64,000 bases of DNA from an uncultured Bacilli bacterium (GCA_934149465.1 CAKPEZ010000001.1:135178-199177), one strand, 5' to 3'; positions 30,557-40,242 are shown, numbered from the stretch's first letter. The notes: generated from the letters alone by a model not told the origin. Program-made: numbers and translations.

Positions 30557-30650
30557 TTTTCCTATCCTCCTTTTCCATTCTACTTACACCTTAATTATAA
30601 CATTAACCTCTAAAAAAAACAATTATTTTCTTTTAAAGAATTATGGGAAA

Positions 30651-31502
30651 TTATGAGTTAGATTCTTCATTAGAAGCTGTTTCATCTAAAATAATGTTAT
30701 ATTCTAAATTAACTAAATATTTGCTTACTTTATTGTCAATTAATTTAACAACATTAGTATAATCAACATTAATTAAATAATTTTGATCTTGAATAACTTC
30801 TATCTCAACATAATCATCTTCTTTATAGCCAGCAATAAGCTCTTTTATATATAGATGATATACTTTTACAATCTTTCCATCTTTATAGATAGTAGTTGAA
30901 TATAAAACAGCATGATCTACATAATTCTTTATATAATCAAGATCTATATATTGTTTATTTACTACATCATAAACATCATCTTCTAATACTAATGTTTCTC
31001 CTAAATAATATTTATCATCTTTATAAGTATATTCATTTTTACCTTTTTCATCTTTCTTAACTATAGTAGTTAAAGAGTCTTCTTTAATTCCTGAATAAAC
31101 ATAATTACTTATCTTCTTTCCTTCAGTAATCTCAATATTAGCACTATAAGTATAATTACTATTTTTTAATTCTGTAAATATATCTTTATTTATTGTATTA
31201 TCTTCTTTAGTATCATTATTTTTTTGTTCATTATTAGAATTGTTTCCGCTTTGATTAGTTCCATTATTAGTATTAGGATTACTCCAATACATTGAAGATG
31301 AAGAAAGTAATGAATAAATAAGAAGCGCTATAAAAAGAGCTACATAAGCAACATATTTACGCTTAGAAGCAACCTTTTTTGCTTTCTTATCTTCCTTTGA
31401 ATCATCTTTTTGATCATAAGGCTTATGAACTACTTCCTTTTTTGTTTTTGCTTCATCTTCTTCTAACTGTTTTTGATAATTAAACGTAAAATTATTATTC
31501 AT
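30651..31502 (-). CDS. Hypothetical membrane-anchored protein
   Basis: 283 aa. Charged N-terminus, one TM, and an Asn/Ser-rich linker. Confidence 0.3.
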   Translation of the reverse strand: MNNNFTFNYQKQLEEDEAKTKKEVVHKPYDQKDDSKEDKKAKKVASKRKYVAYVALFIALLIYSLLSSSSMYWSNPNTNNGTNQSGNNSNNEQKNNDTKEDNTINKDIFTELKNSNYTYSANIEITEGKKISNYVYSGIKEDSLTTIVKKDEKGKNEYTYKDDKYYLGETLVLEDDVYDVVNKQYIDLDYIKNYVDHAVLYSTTIYKDGKIVKVYHLYIKELIAGYKEDDYVEIEVIQDQNYLINVDYTNVVKLIDNKVSKYLVNLEYNIILDETASNEESNS

Positions 31503-31512
31503 ACCACTTCGC

Positions 31513-32448
31513 CTACTTTAACACTATTCCTATTAAATCAGTGCCTTTAATTCCATTTAAATAATCTCTTACTAAAGTCTTTTTCTTTCCTTCAAGCTGA
31601 ATTTCTAATATTTTTAAGGCACCATCACAAGTTTTAATAATTATTCCATCTTTGGTAATATCAACTATTTCCCCATTTTCTCCATCATACTTTTTATTAA
31701 GTATTTCTGTTCTAAAGATCTTTATTCTTTTATTTTCTAAATAAGCATACGCTCCTGGATTAGAATTAAGCCCCCTAATTAAATTAAAAATATCTCTAGT
31801 CTTTTTAGTAAAATCTATTTTCTCTTCTTCCTTAGTAACATTTAATCCAAAAGTTACTTCATCTTCTCTTTGTTTAATTCTTACATTGGTCCCATTAATA
31901 ATAGATGGAAGCGTATCTAATAATAAATCTCTTCCTAAAAAAGACATTTTTTCATACAAACTATCTAAATATTCATTATCATCTATCAGAATTTCCCTAG
32001 TTGCAATAATATCTCCGGCATCCATTTTTTCATTCATATACATAACGGTTACTCCTGTTTTATCATAACCATCAATAAGAGCATGATGAATTGGTGCTCC
32101 ACCTCTTAGTTTAGGAAGAATAGATCCATGAACATTAATTGCCCCTAATCTAGGAAGATCTAATAAAGCTTTAGGAATAATTTGACCATAAGCACAAGTT
32201 ATAATCAAATCAGGATGAACTTCTACTATTTTTTCATAATCTTTTCTAATTTTTAATGGCTGAAAGACTTCTATATTATTTCTAATAGCAAGTTCTTTTA
32301 CTGGAGAATAAATAATATCTCCTTTTCTATTTCTTTCATTATCTGGTTGACATACAACTAAACTAACACTATATTTTGAAAGTATTCCTTCTAAAACATT
32401 TGCTGCAAAAGAAGGAGTCCCCATAAAAACTATCTTTAAATTTTTCAT
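31513..32448 (-). CDS. fmt: Methionyl-tRNA formyltransferase
   Basis: 311 aa (IVFMGTPSFA, HGSILPKLRGGAPI). Confidence 0.9.
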   Translation of the reverse strand: MKNLKIVFMGTPSFAANVLEGILSKYSVSLVVCQPDNERNRKGDIIYSPVKELAIRNNIEVFQPLKIRKDYEKIVEVHPDLIITCAYGQIIPKALLDLPRLGAINVHGSILPKLRGGAPIHHALIDGYDKTGVTVMYMNEKMDAGDIIATREILIDDNEYLDSLYEKMSFLGRDLLLDTLPSIINGTNVRIKQREDEVTFGLNVTKEEEKIDFTKKTRDIFNLIRGLNSNPGAYAYLENKRIKIFRTEILNKKYDGENGEIVDITKDGIIIKTCDGALKILEIQLEGKKKTLVRDYLNGIKGTDLIGIVLK

Positions 32449-32462
32449 CTAATCACCTTTTT

Positions 32463-34163
32463 CTAATAATATACTGTCGAACACTGTCTACTTGAAGAAG
32501 ATGAACATGAAGAAGTAGTATCTTCCCAGCTACTCCAGCTGTCGCATCCACAAGAAGAGCAGCTTCTATTATTTACTGAGCAACCACATACTGATCCAGT
32601 TCCTTGATTATAAGTATCACAGCCACATGATGAGTTTCGACAAGATTTATAAGTTGCACAACTACATGATGAACATCTTTTATAAGTTATACAGCTTCTA
32701 CGAAATTCAGTACAACGCCTACTATTCCCACTTCCAGAACAAGTTATTTTATTGTATTCGTTAGAACTTGAAGAACCATCTGCTCCATAAGTTGAGCCAA
32801 TTTTTTTCCATGCACTATAAGTTTCACAGCCACAAGCAGAACAACGATTTCTAGTTTCACATCCACAAGAACTATTTCGGCAACTAGAATAAGTTTGACA
32901 TCCAAAACTAGAGTCTCTACAAGTAGCATAAGTATCACATCCAGCACTAGAACAACGACTACAAGTGTTGCAAGTTCTAGTTTGTGTTCTATTTTCTATT
33001 GATACATCACATGTTCCTTCATTCCCCGCTGCATCAATTACAGTATAAGTAGTATTTTTTTTAACATTATTATATGGGTATTCTTTAATTAAATCATTAG
33101 TTTCATTAAAACCACTCTTATCATCAATGGCTTTTACAGTAACTAAAACACCACTGGAAGATCCATCTCCTTTTGAAGTAGTACAAGTAGGAGAAGTAGT
33201 ATCAATAAGACCTATCGCTAAAGAATTACTCTTATTATTAATTCCATCAGTCGTCTTAGCTTGAATTACATATTCCCCTTCTTTATCATAAATATATTTA
33301 TATATAAGATTACTATCTGTCTTAGTTAAAAGAGAATCATTCTTAACATTAATCCACTCTCCTGATACATTCATTCTATAAAAATGATCTAAATTATTAT
33401 TTGGATCATTATAAGTAATAGTAACCGTCTTAGTTTTAGACCATCCTTTTTCTAAAGTTTCTATAATAGGTGCTGATATATCATTTAAACTTTGAGTTAA
33501 AGATTTAGTAGCTTCTTTATGACCTTTATTTACACATTTAGCTTCTAATTTTAGTAACTCATCACTTTTTAAATTATCAAATGTTAAATGCTGAATAATA
33601 TTTTTACTATTATCTACATTGATTCTAATAAACTGATTAGTCTTTAAATCTTTATATTCTAAATATGCTAAATTTGAATTAGAATTAGAGCAAATTAAAT
33701 CATAATCAATAGACTTAGTAGTAGTAATAATATTTTCAAAATCAATATTTGGATAAGAAGAATCAAAAGTACAAGTACCCTTTTCATTAATTATCTCATA
33801 TATTTTATTTTGATTAGGTTCCATAGTAACTAAGATTTTCTTTGTTTCACCAAACTCATTTACCTTATCATTAGTTTTCTTTATATAACCTTTATCAGCT
33901 AACTCTTTTACAGTAATACATACTTGTTTATAACCATCACCAGTATCTTCCCAATTAACATTTTCAGGGTATTCTTCTACATACAAAGAAGCAGATTTTT
34001 TAATATTCATCGCAAATAAATTATCTGATTTTTCTTTCTCAAGATCAAGTAATTTTATTACAGAAGGAATAGTAAAAGATAAAATTAAAGCAAGAACCAA
34101 TACTCCCATTAATAACTCGATTAAAGTAAAACCCTTTTTCTTTTTCATAAAAAAACACCTCAT
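32463..34163 (-). CDS. Large prepilin-type (type IV pilin-like) protein with a cysteine-rich repetitive C-terminal tail
   Basis: N-terminal KKGFTLIELLMGVLVLALIL is a class III (prepilin peptidase) signal. The last ~170 aa hold about 28 Cys in repeated xCGC(D/E)TY-like units. The stop is 14 nt upstream of the fmt start. Confidence 0.7.
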   Translation of the reverse strand: MRCFFMKKKKGFTLIELLMGVLVLALILSFTIPSVIKLLDLEKEKSDNLFAMNIKKSASLYVEEYPENVNWEDTGDGYKQVCITVKELADKGYIKKTNDKVNEFGETKKILVTMEPNQNKIYEIINEKGTCTFDSSYPNIDFENIITTTKSIDYDLICSNSNSNLAYLEYKDLKTNQFIRINVDNSKNIIQHLTFDNLKSDELLKLEAKCVNKGHKEATKSLTQSLNDISAPIIETLEKGWSKTKTVTITYNDPNNNLDHFYRMNVSGEWINVKNDSLLTKTDSNLIYKYIYDKEGEYVIQAKTTDGINNKSNSLAIGLIDTTSPTCTTSKGDGSSSGVLVTVKAIDDKSGFNETNDLIKEYPYNNVKKNTTYTVIDAAGNEGTCDVSIENRTQTRTCNTCSRCSSAGCDTYATCRDSSFGCQTYSSCRNSSCGCETRNRCSACGCETYSAWKKIGSTYGADGSSSSNEYNKITCSGSGNSRRCTEFRRSCITYKRCSSCSCATYKSCRNSSCGCDTYNQGTGSVCGCSVNNRSCSSCGCDSWSSWEDTTSSCSSSSSRQCSTVYY

Positions 34164-34200
34164 ATTTACAATTTCATTATATCATCTCTATATAAGATTA

Positions 34201-34238
34201 TCAAGAAAAAAAGAAACAAAAGTAATTTACTTGTTTCT
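34201..34238 (-). terminator. Rho-independent terminator after the lipoprotein gene
   Basis: 7-bp stem agaaaca/tgtttct overlapping the stop codon, with a T-run on the minus strand. Confidence 0.4.
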
Positions 34239-34661
34239 AATTATTTCATATTCTATTTTATTTATACCTGTAAGTGCTTTATCAGAAGATGTCTTAATAG
34301 TATAAGTGCTATTATTAGCTAATGTAGAGTCAACAGGTGCATACAAACTAGCAAGAATATTATCATCCTTATAAAAATTAATCTTAATGCTACCAACATA
34401 GTTATTATTGGCAGTACTCATAATAGTAGCTTTATACATAGACGTTTTTCCATCATAAGTAATATTAATATCATCAATAATCAAATTATCAATAGTTCTT
34501 TTTTCTATAAGAGTTTTATCACTTACTGTTATATAATCTTTATTACTTGAAGGATCATCTTGTTTCTTGTTACTTTGGCATGCACATAAAGTAACTAATA
34601 ACAAAAGTATAAAAATTACTTTAATATTAGCACTTATGTTTTTTCCTAAATACGTTTTCAT
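34227..34661 (-). CDS. Lipoprotein
   Basis: 144 aa. Lipobox LLLLVTLCAC and a beta-rich domain. Confidence 0.5.
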   Translation of the reverse strand: MKTYLGKNISANIKVIFILLLLVTLCACQSNKKQDDPSSNKDYITVSDKTLIEKRTIDNLIIDDINITYDGKTSMYKATIMSTANNNYVGSIKINFYKDDNILASLYAPVDSTLANNSTYTIKTSSDKALTGINKIEYEIIRNK

Positions 34662-34676
34662 TATATTACCTACCCT

Positions 34677-35279
34677 TTACTCATCACAAGTAGTACAACT
34701 ATTTAAGTTAGCTTCTTCAACCATAGTCTTAAGACGATTCTTTAAATCATTTTTCTTCTCTTCAGTCCAATATTCACTAGGAGTTATTTCTCCATCAATA
34801 ACTGAAGTTTCATTATCATGACTTAAGATTTTTCCTTCTTTAACAATCGTCACATCTGGAACAGTAACTCTTTCATTACCTTCTTTATCTTTAGGAAGAT
34901 AATCTTTTAAAATACTAACTATCTTTTGATAATTTTCCGTATTGGCTTTCCTTATATCTTTAATATTATAGTAATATATCTCTTCTATTCCAGATTCTTT
35001 TGCTACTTCATTTAACATAGGGGCATAAGCTTGACACCAAGGACACTCTGGAAACCCAAAAAATACTATTCCAGTTCCACCTTCTAAAATTTTGATTATT
35101 TCTTCATCAGTACGATAAACAAAGATATTATCTTCTCCTACCTCAGTATAATCTAAGCTAAACTTTTTAGCGTCACTTACCTCACTCTTACTAGTAAAAG
35201 CTGTATATAAGCATATTCCAACTATTACTACAAGTAATATCCCTAAAAATTTTAAATCATTAAGTGTTTCTTTTTTCAT
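34677..35279 (-). CDS. Membrane-anchored extracytoplasmic thioredoxin-like thiol-disulfide oxidoreductase
   Basis: 200 aa. N-terminal TM, thioredoxin motif FGFPECPWCQAYAP (CPWC), and a second C-terminal CTTC pair. Confidence 0.7.
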   Translation of the reverse strand: MKKETLNDLKFLGILLVVIVGICLYTAFTSKSEVSDAKKFSLDYTEVGEDNIFVYRTDEEIIKILEGGTGIVFFGFPECPWCQAYAPMLNEVAKESGIEEIYYYNIKDIRKANTENYQKIVSILKDYLPKDKEGNERVTVPDVTIVKEGKILSHDNETSVIDGEITPSEYWTEEKKNDLKNRLKTMVEEANLNSCTTCDE

Positions 35280-35355
35280 ATTTTACTCCATTTCTATATA
35301 AAAATTATAATAAGAGTTTTCTAAAATGTCAATTATTTTTTAAAAGAAAAAGAGG

Positions 35356-36852
35356 TTACCCTCTTAATGATTTATTTAATCTTCTTTTATTAAATGATAA
35401 AGCACAAAAAGTAAATACCATTAATGATGAAATTCCAAATATCAAATAGAAAATAAGATCATCACCAGTTTGCGGATTATTAACTACATTAATAGTTTTT
35501 TCTGCTAAAGTATAAACACTAAAGTGATTAGTAGTAAATGTAGCATAGCCATCTTTTACAGTAGCATCATGCTCTTCAAGTTTTCCTTCTTCGTTAACAT
35601 AATAAACTGCTAATACTTTTCCTTCTAATTCTGAAGGAACTGGCATAGTTACTTCAAATATACCATTATCTAACTTAGTAATATTAGCATTTTTAACATT
35701 AGAGTATAAACTTAAATCAATAGAATATAAATTATTTTGTTTTAAGATATTCTTAATATTAAGATATTCTTCTCCATCTTTATTTAAAAGATATGCTTTT
35801 ATCATTGTATCAAGTGGAATACTACTTTCTTTAGAAGTTATTGTAATATCTTTATCTAAGTTTTTAGCAGAAAAGATAGGTTCACTCATTTTACTAGAGT
35901 CTGCTACTATTAAAAAATCTACAGTAAAATCCCCAAAATTAAATATATAAGTATGATCAGTTGTTTTAGTTAAATCAGCTATTTCAGAAAAATCCATAGC
36001 GCCTTCATACTCATCATCATAATGATCAAAAGAATATCCTTTAGTAATAGTTATTTTATTATTTGGCATATATTCTTTTAATCTTTTAGTTGCAGCTTCT
36101 ATTAAAGCTTCATCAGTAAGTTCTGTATCACTTGGTACATATAGTATTTCTTCTGGTTTAGCACCTACTTTATCCTGAGAAGCATACGCAACTCCATTAT
36201 AACTAACAACAAGTCCGCCAAAAGCAAGTGTTCTAAACGGTAAATAATTAACTCCTGCTCTAACATCTATTCGATAAGTTAAATCAGCATTTTCAAAAAA
36301 CTTTTTCACATCATCAGTATAATTAGTTATTTTTCCAAATTTTTCGTTATCCAGTTCTCTTGTATTAGCAGTCACGTAATAGTTAATTAAATTTAAATCC
36401 GTTAGTTTAAACAAATATTGATTATAATACCCATTCTCATCTTTTCCTTGAATATTAGCAAGTTTTTCAATATAAGAATCAACATTCTTTTTAACTAAAG
36501 TATTTGCATCTTGCCATTTTATAGCAACATCATATTCTTTATGAATATATGGATTAGATGAAGTAATAAGAAATTTACATTCTATATTATTATCACATTC
36601 TATTCCATAATTAATTCCTTCAGAAGCATATTTACTACTCCATACTTCATAATAAGAAGAAGCAAAAAAATCATATTCTACAAAATTCTTAGGTTTAACT
36701 GAATTAAATTCAAACGTTCCATTAGGTGCTTCTAACTTATAAATTTCCTCCATTCTCTTTAAAACATCTGCTTCATCTGCATTTACTTTCGTAACTCCTA
36801 TCAATAAAAACGCTACAAAGATAAACGCAAATAATTTTACTACTTTTTTCAT
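35356..36852 (-). CDS. Cell-wall-anchored surface protein with an NPQTG sortase sorting signal
   Basis: Signal peptide MKKVVKLFAFIFVAFLLIGVTKVNA. C-terminal NPQTGD, then a hydrophobic stretch and the RR/K tail NKRRLNKSLRG. The start is probably the internal Met with a signal peptide. Confidence 0.55.
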   Translation of the reverse strand: MKKVVKLFAFIFVAFLLIGVTKVNADEADVLKRMEEIYKLEAPNGTFEFNSVKPKNFVEYDFFASSYYEVWSSKYASEGINYGIECDNNIECKFLITSSNPYIHKEYDVAIKWQDANTLVKKNVDSYIEKLANIQGKDENGYYNQYLFKLTDLNLINYYVTANTRELDNEKFGKITNYTDDVKKFFENADLTYRIDVRAGVNYLPFRTLAFGGLVVSYNGVAYASQDKVGAKPEEILYVPSDTELTDEALIEAATKRLKEYMPNNKITITKGYSFDHYDDEYEGAMDFSEIADLTKTTDHTYIFNFGDFTVDFLIVADSSKMSEPIFSAKNLDKDITITSKESSIPLDTMIKAYLLNKDGEEYLNIKNILKQNNLYSIDLSLYSNVKNANITKLDNGIFEVTMPVPSELEGKVLAVYYVNEEGKLEEHDATVKDGYATFTTNHFSVYTLAEKTINVVNNPQTGDDLIFYLIFGISSLMVFTFCALSFNKRRLNKSLRG

Positions 36853-36947
36853 TATATCACTCCTCCTATCATAAGAATAGCACACTTTATTTCTTTTTCA
36901 TAGACTTTTTTTAATAAAAAAAATCACTTTTGTAAAGTGATTTTTGA

Positions 36948-37658
36948 TTAAATAAATAAAGATATATCAAAAATAATAAGTATTATTAATAAGCAAGTAA
37001 ACATTAAATATTTAAGACTTTCCTTTAAATTAAAATCAGAAATAAATAATTTCTTTATTTTAGTTACTGGAATAAATTTACCAATCAAAGTAAATATAAT
37101 TATCCCAATATAATTTAGAATTATATCATCAATATCAAAAGTACCAGTATGAGTAATTGCTTGAGTAATTTCAATAATTAAAATTATTGGTAAAGTTATT
37201 AAAGTTTGTCTTAGAAAACTAGTATTCTTTTCATTTTTCAGAATTAACAAAAATGAGAAAGGAACAAGCATAAAAATATTTCCCAAAATATTTTTTAATA
37301 TAGATAAGTTAGTTCCATATTTAAACTGTGAAATAATAGTCTTAAAAGGAGTATATAACCCTCCATAAGTCCAAGTATATATTCTAAAAGAAGGTCTTCC
37401 TATTATAAAAGTAACAGAAAATAATAGCACTAAAAATAGCATAATATAAAGAGAAATATTTTGTTTATAAATCTTTTCTTCATCTAACGTAATTCCACTA
37501 ACATAAATAAAAATAGCATTAATTATCATAAATAATATACTCTTTAAATACGTCATATCATAAATATATTGATTATTCCCCAAAAAAGTTACATAAAAGT
37601 AAATTATTATATTAACAGTAATTACTAAGTTTCTAATTATAAATATTTTATTTTTCAT
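36948..37658 (-). CDS. VanZ-like family membrane protein
   Basis: 236 aa, multi-TM. NILGNIFMLVPFSF and EITQAITHTGTFDIDDIILNYIG resemble VanZ family signatures. Confidence 0.45.
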   Translation of the reverse strand: MKNKIFIIRNLVITVNIIIYFYVTFLGNNQYIYDMTYLKSILFMIINAIFIYVSGITLDEEKIYKQNISLYIMLFLVLLFSVTFIIGRPSFRIYTWTYGGLYTPFKTIISQFKYGTNLSILKNILGNIFMLVPFSFLLILKNEKNTSFLRQTLITLPIILIIEITQAITHTGTFDIDDIILNYIGIIIFTLIGKFIPVTKIKKLFISDFNLKESLKYLMFTCLLIILIIFDISLFI

Positions 37659-38116
37659 AAGTTAATCTTCTTTTCGTTATCAATATCTATAGTACTAAAC
37701 TTTATACCCTTAAGATTATTCTCAATCGCCCTTATTTCAAAATCAATCATATCACAAGGCAAATTATTAATATCAGCCCACACTAACTCTGAACACTTCT
37801 CAGGTTCAGAAATTTTTATTTGACCAAAATAATCACTAACTTCAAAATAAACATCATAGTATGGCATTAATGACTTATTACGTCTTGCTACTACAAAAGT
37901 ATCACAAATATTATCTAGTAATATAGTAATATCTAATTCTTCCCTAGCCTCTCTTATTAATGCCTCATAAGGATTTTCTCCTTTATCTATATGTCCTGCT
38001 GGAAGAGCTAAAAAATTAGGCCATAAACTAGTTCCTTTTCTTCTTTGTAATAAGATTTGTCCTTTTTCATTCTTAATAATTAAATAAACTGATGACAAGA
38101 ATTTTTCTCTTTCCAC
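37655..38116 (-). CDS. NUDIX hydrolase
   Basis: Nudix box GHIDKGENPYEALIREAREELDI. Confidence 0.75.
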   Translation of the reverse strand: MEREKFLSSVYLIIKNEKGQILLQRRKGTSLWPNFLALPAGHIDKGENPYEALIREAREELDITILLDNICDTFVVARRNKSLMPYYDVYFEVSDYFGQIKISEPEKCSELVWADINNLPCDMIDFEIRAIENNLKGIKFSTIDIDNEKKINL

Positions 38117-38280
38117 TTATATCTCTTCTTTCTAACACTAAAATTATATCATAGAATTTATATTAAAAAAACTAACTATTTTGATATGAACCCCGTTTCT
38201 TTGACATAAGAGAAATGGGACTCATATCATTTCTAGCTAGCATTTATTACTACTCGAAAAATTCGAACTTTCTATCAATA

Positions 38281-38354
38281 TGGTGCCAAATGTAGGAATC
38301 GGACCTACGTCTAATCATTACGAGTGATTTGTTCTACCACTGAACTAATTTGGC
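38281..38354 (-). tRNA. tRNA-Thr (anticodon CGT)
   Basis: The reverse complement folds as a cloverleaf (GCCAAAT acceptor, GTTCAGTGGTAGAAC D-arm, anticodon loop CTCGTAA, GGTCCGATTCC T-arm) and ends ACCA. Confidence 0.85.
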
Positions 38355-38462
38355 TTAAGTAATTCAATTATAGCATAAAGATAAAAAAAAACAAAATATT
38401 TTCTTATTTTTAAAAACTATCATGTTATAATAAAAATATAAAAGAAATAGAGGGATAAAAAG

Positions 38463-40220
38463 ATGTTTAAAGAAATTACTTCAATTAGTAAGAACTACGC
38501 TATTGTAAAACTTAAAGATAATATTAATGAAGATCTTCTTAATTTAAACGCCATTTTTGAAGAAGAAGATAAAAAAATATTAGGAGAAATAGAAGAAGTT
38601 ATCGATAAAAGTGCTAAAATAACTTTTTTAGGAGAATTTAATAATGGGAAATTTTTTAGTGGAATAATTAGAAAGCCTAGTTTAAATGCTAGTATTAGAT
38701 TAATAAACGAAGAAGAACTTAATGAGTTAACTCAAGAAAATGATCCATACTCTATGCCACTTGGATCTTCTCCATTATATAATAATTGTAAAATTAACGT
38801 AAATATTGATAATCTATTTAGTAACCATACTGCTATTTTCGGAAATACCGGTAGTGGTAAAACTTACGGAGTTGCTAGACTAGTTCAAAATTTATTTACT
38901 TTAAAAGATAAAATTCCATTTAACAGCAATTTCTTTATCTTTAATAATACTAGTGAATATGATAATGCTTTTAAAGAAATAAATAAGTATAACGTTAACT
39001 TTAATTATAAAGCTTATACTACCAGTGATACTACCCAAAATAATAGCATCAAAATTCCATTATGGCTATTAAGTGCAGATGATTATGCTAATTTATTAGA
39101 TGCCACTGAATATTCACAAATAAGTGTTATTGAGAAAATGCTTAGTTTAGTTTCTGTATTTGCTAGAGATGATAAAGAAGCACATAGATATAAAAATCAC
39201 CTAATAGCAAAAGCCATTCTTTCTATCTTATATTCTAACCAAATGCCTGCTAGAATGCGTGATCAAATATTTACAATCGTTGAAGAATGCCATACTGAAG
39301 AGTTAAATCTAGATTTTGAAGTACCAGGAGTTGGTTATACTAGAGAATTTAGAAAATGTTTTGAAATAGATAGTCAAGGACAATTCGTTGAAAGAGTATT
39401 AATTACTGAATATATTCATAAGTTCATTGATAATGATACTAAATGGAAAGAAGATTTTATACCAGTATATTTTACCTTAGATGATCTAGAAACTGCTTTA
39501 AATTTTGCTCTTATTAGTGAAGGATTATTATTAAATGAAAAATCTTATGCTGAAGGAATTGCTTTAAAAGTAAAGCTTCATACCTTAAATAACAGCAGTT
39601 ATCATAGATTCTTTGATTATCCAAATTACTGTACTATTAATGAATTTATTTCTAGTATTATCTTAGTAAACAGTAATAAAAGAGCCCAAATTATTAACTT
39701 TATCTTAGAAGATGTTGACGATAGATTTGCTAAAGCATTAGTAAAAGTATATTCTAGAATATTATTTAGATTTACTAAAGGATTATCTAATAGAGGCGCT
39801 ATGCCAATTCATATTATGTTAGAAGAAGCTCATCGCTACGTTCAAAAAGATCTAGATAATACTATCTTAGGATATAATATATTTGAAAGAATTGCTAAAG
39901 AGGGAAGAAAATTTGGTTTAATTTTAGATCTAATTACACAAAGACCTACTGAATTATCAGAAACAGTTATCTCACAGTGTAGTAACTTCTTAATATTTAA
40001 AATAAACCACCCTACTGATTTAGAATATATCAGAAAGATGGTTCCTAATATTAGTGCTGATGTTATTGAAAAGCAAAAAACTCTTCAATCAGGTACCTGC
40101 GTAGCGTTTGGTCCAATGATGAAAATTCCAACTATTGTTAAAATGGATCTTCCCTCTCCTGAACCTCACAGCGCTAATGCTAAAATATATCAAAAATGGA
40201 TGGTTGAATGGAAACAGTAA
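38463..40220 (+). CDS. HerA/FtsK-superfamily ATPase (DUF87-like)
   Basis: 585 aa. N-terminal barrel-like domain, Walker A GNTGSGKT, Walker B HIMLEEAHRY (DEAH-type), and TQRPTEL arginine-finger motif. Confidence 0.65.
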   Translation: MFKEITSISKNYAIVKLKDNINEDLLNLNAIFEEEDKKILGEIEEVIDKSAKITFLGEFNNGKFFSGIIRKPSLNASIRLINEEELNELTQENDPYSMPLGSSPLYNNCKINVNIDNLFSNHTAIFGNTGSGKTYGVARLVQNLFTLKDKIPFNSNFFIFNNTSEYDNAFKEINKYNVNFNYKAYTTSDTTQNNSIKIPLWLLSADDYANLLDATEYSQISVIEKMLSLVSVFARDDKEAHRYKNHLIAKAILSILYSNQMPARMRDQIFTIVEECHTEELNLDFEVPGVGYTREFRKCFEIDSQGQFVERVLITEYIHKFIDNDTKWKEDFIPVYFTLDDLETALNFALISEGLLLNEKSYAEGIALKVKLHTLNNSSYHRFFDYPNYCTINEFISSIILVNSNKRAQIINFILEDVDDRFAKALVKVYSRILFRFTKGLSNRGAMPIHIMLEEAHRYVQKDLDNTILGYNIFERIAKEGRKFGLILDLITQRPTELSETVISQCSNFLIFKINHPTDLEYIRKMVPNISADVIEKQKTLQSGTCVAFGPMMKIPTIVKMDLPSPEPHSANAKIYQKWMVEWKQ

Positions 40221-40242
40221 TTTTACTGTTTTTTTATGTCTA

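Noticed and set aside
32744-32947. 67-aa same-strand nested ORF inside the pilin gene
   Set aside because: It is in an alternative frame of the repetitive Cys-codon region. Its repetitive V/L-rich translation is a by-product of the nucleotide repeats.
36948-37658. Candidate sortase for the NPQTG protein
   Set aside because: No TLxTC catalytic motif or sortase fold signatures. The motifs fit the VanZ family instead. No sortase was found anywhere in the window.
38214-38245. Hairpin gaaatg-N10-catttc downstream of tRNA-Thr considered as a terminator
   Set aside because: Short 6-bp stem without a following T-tract on the transcribed strand.
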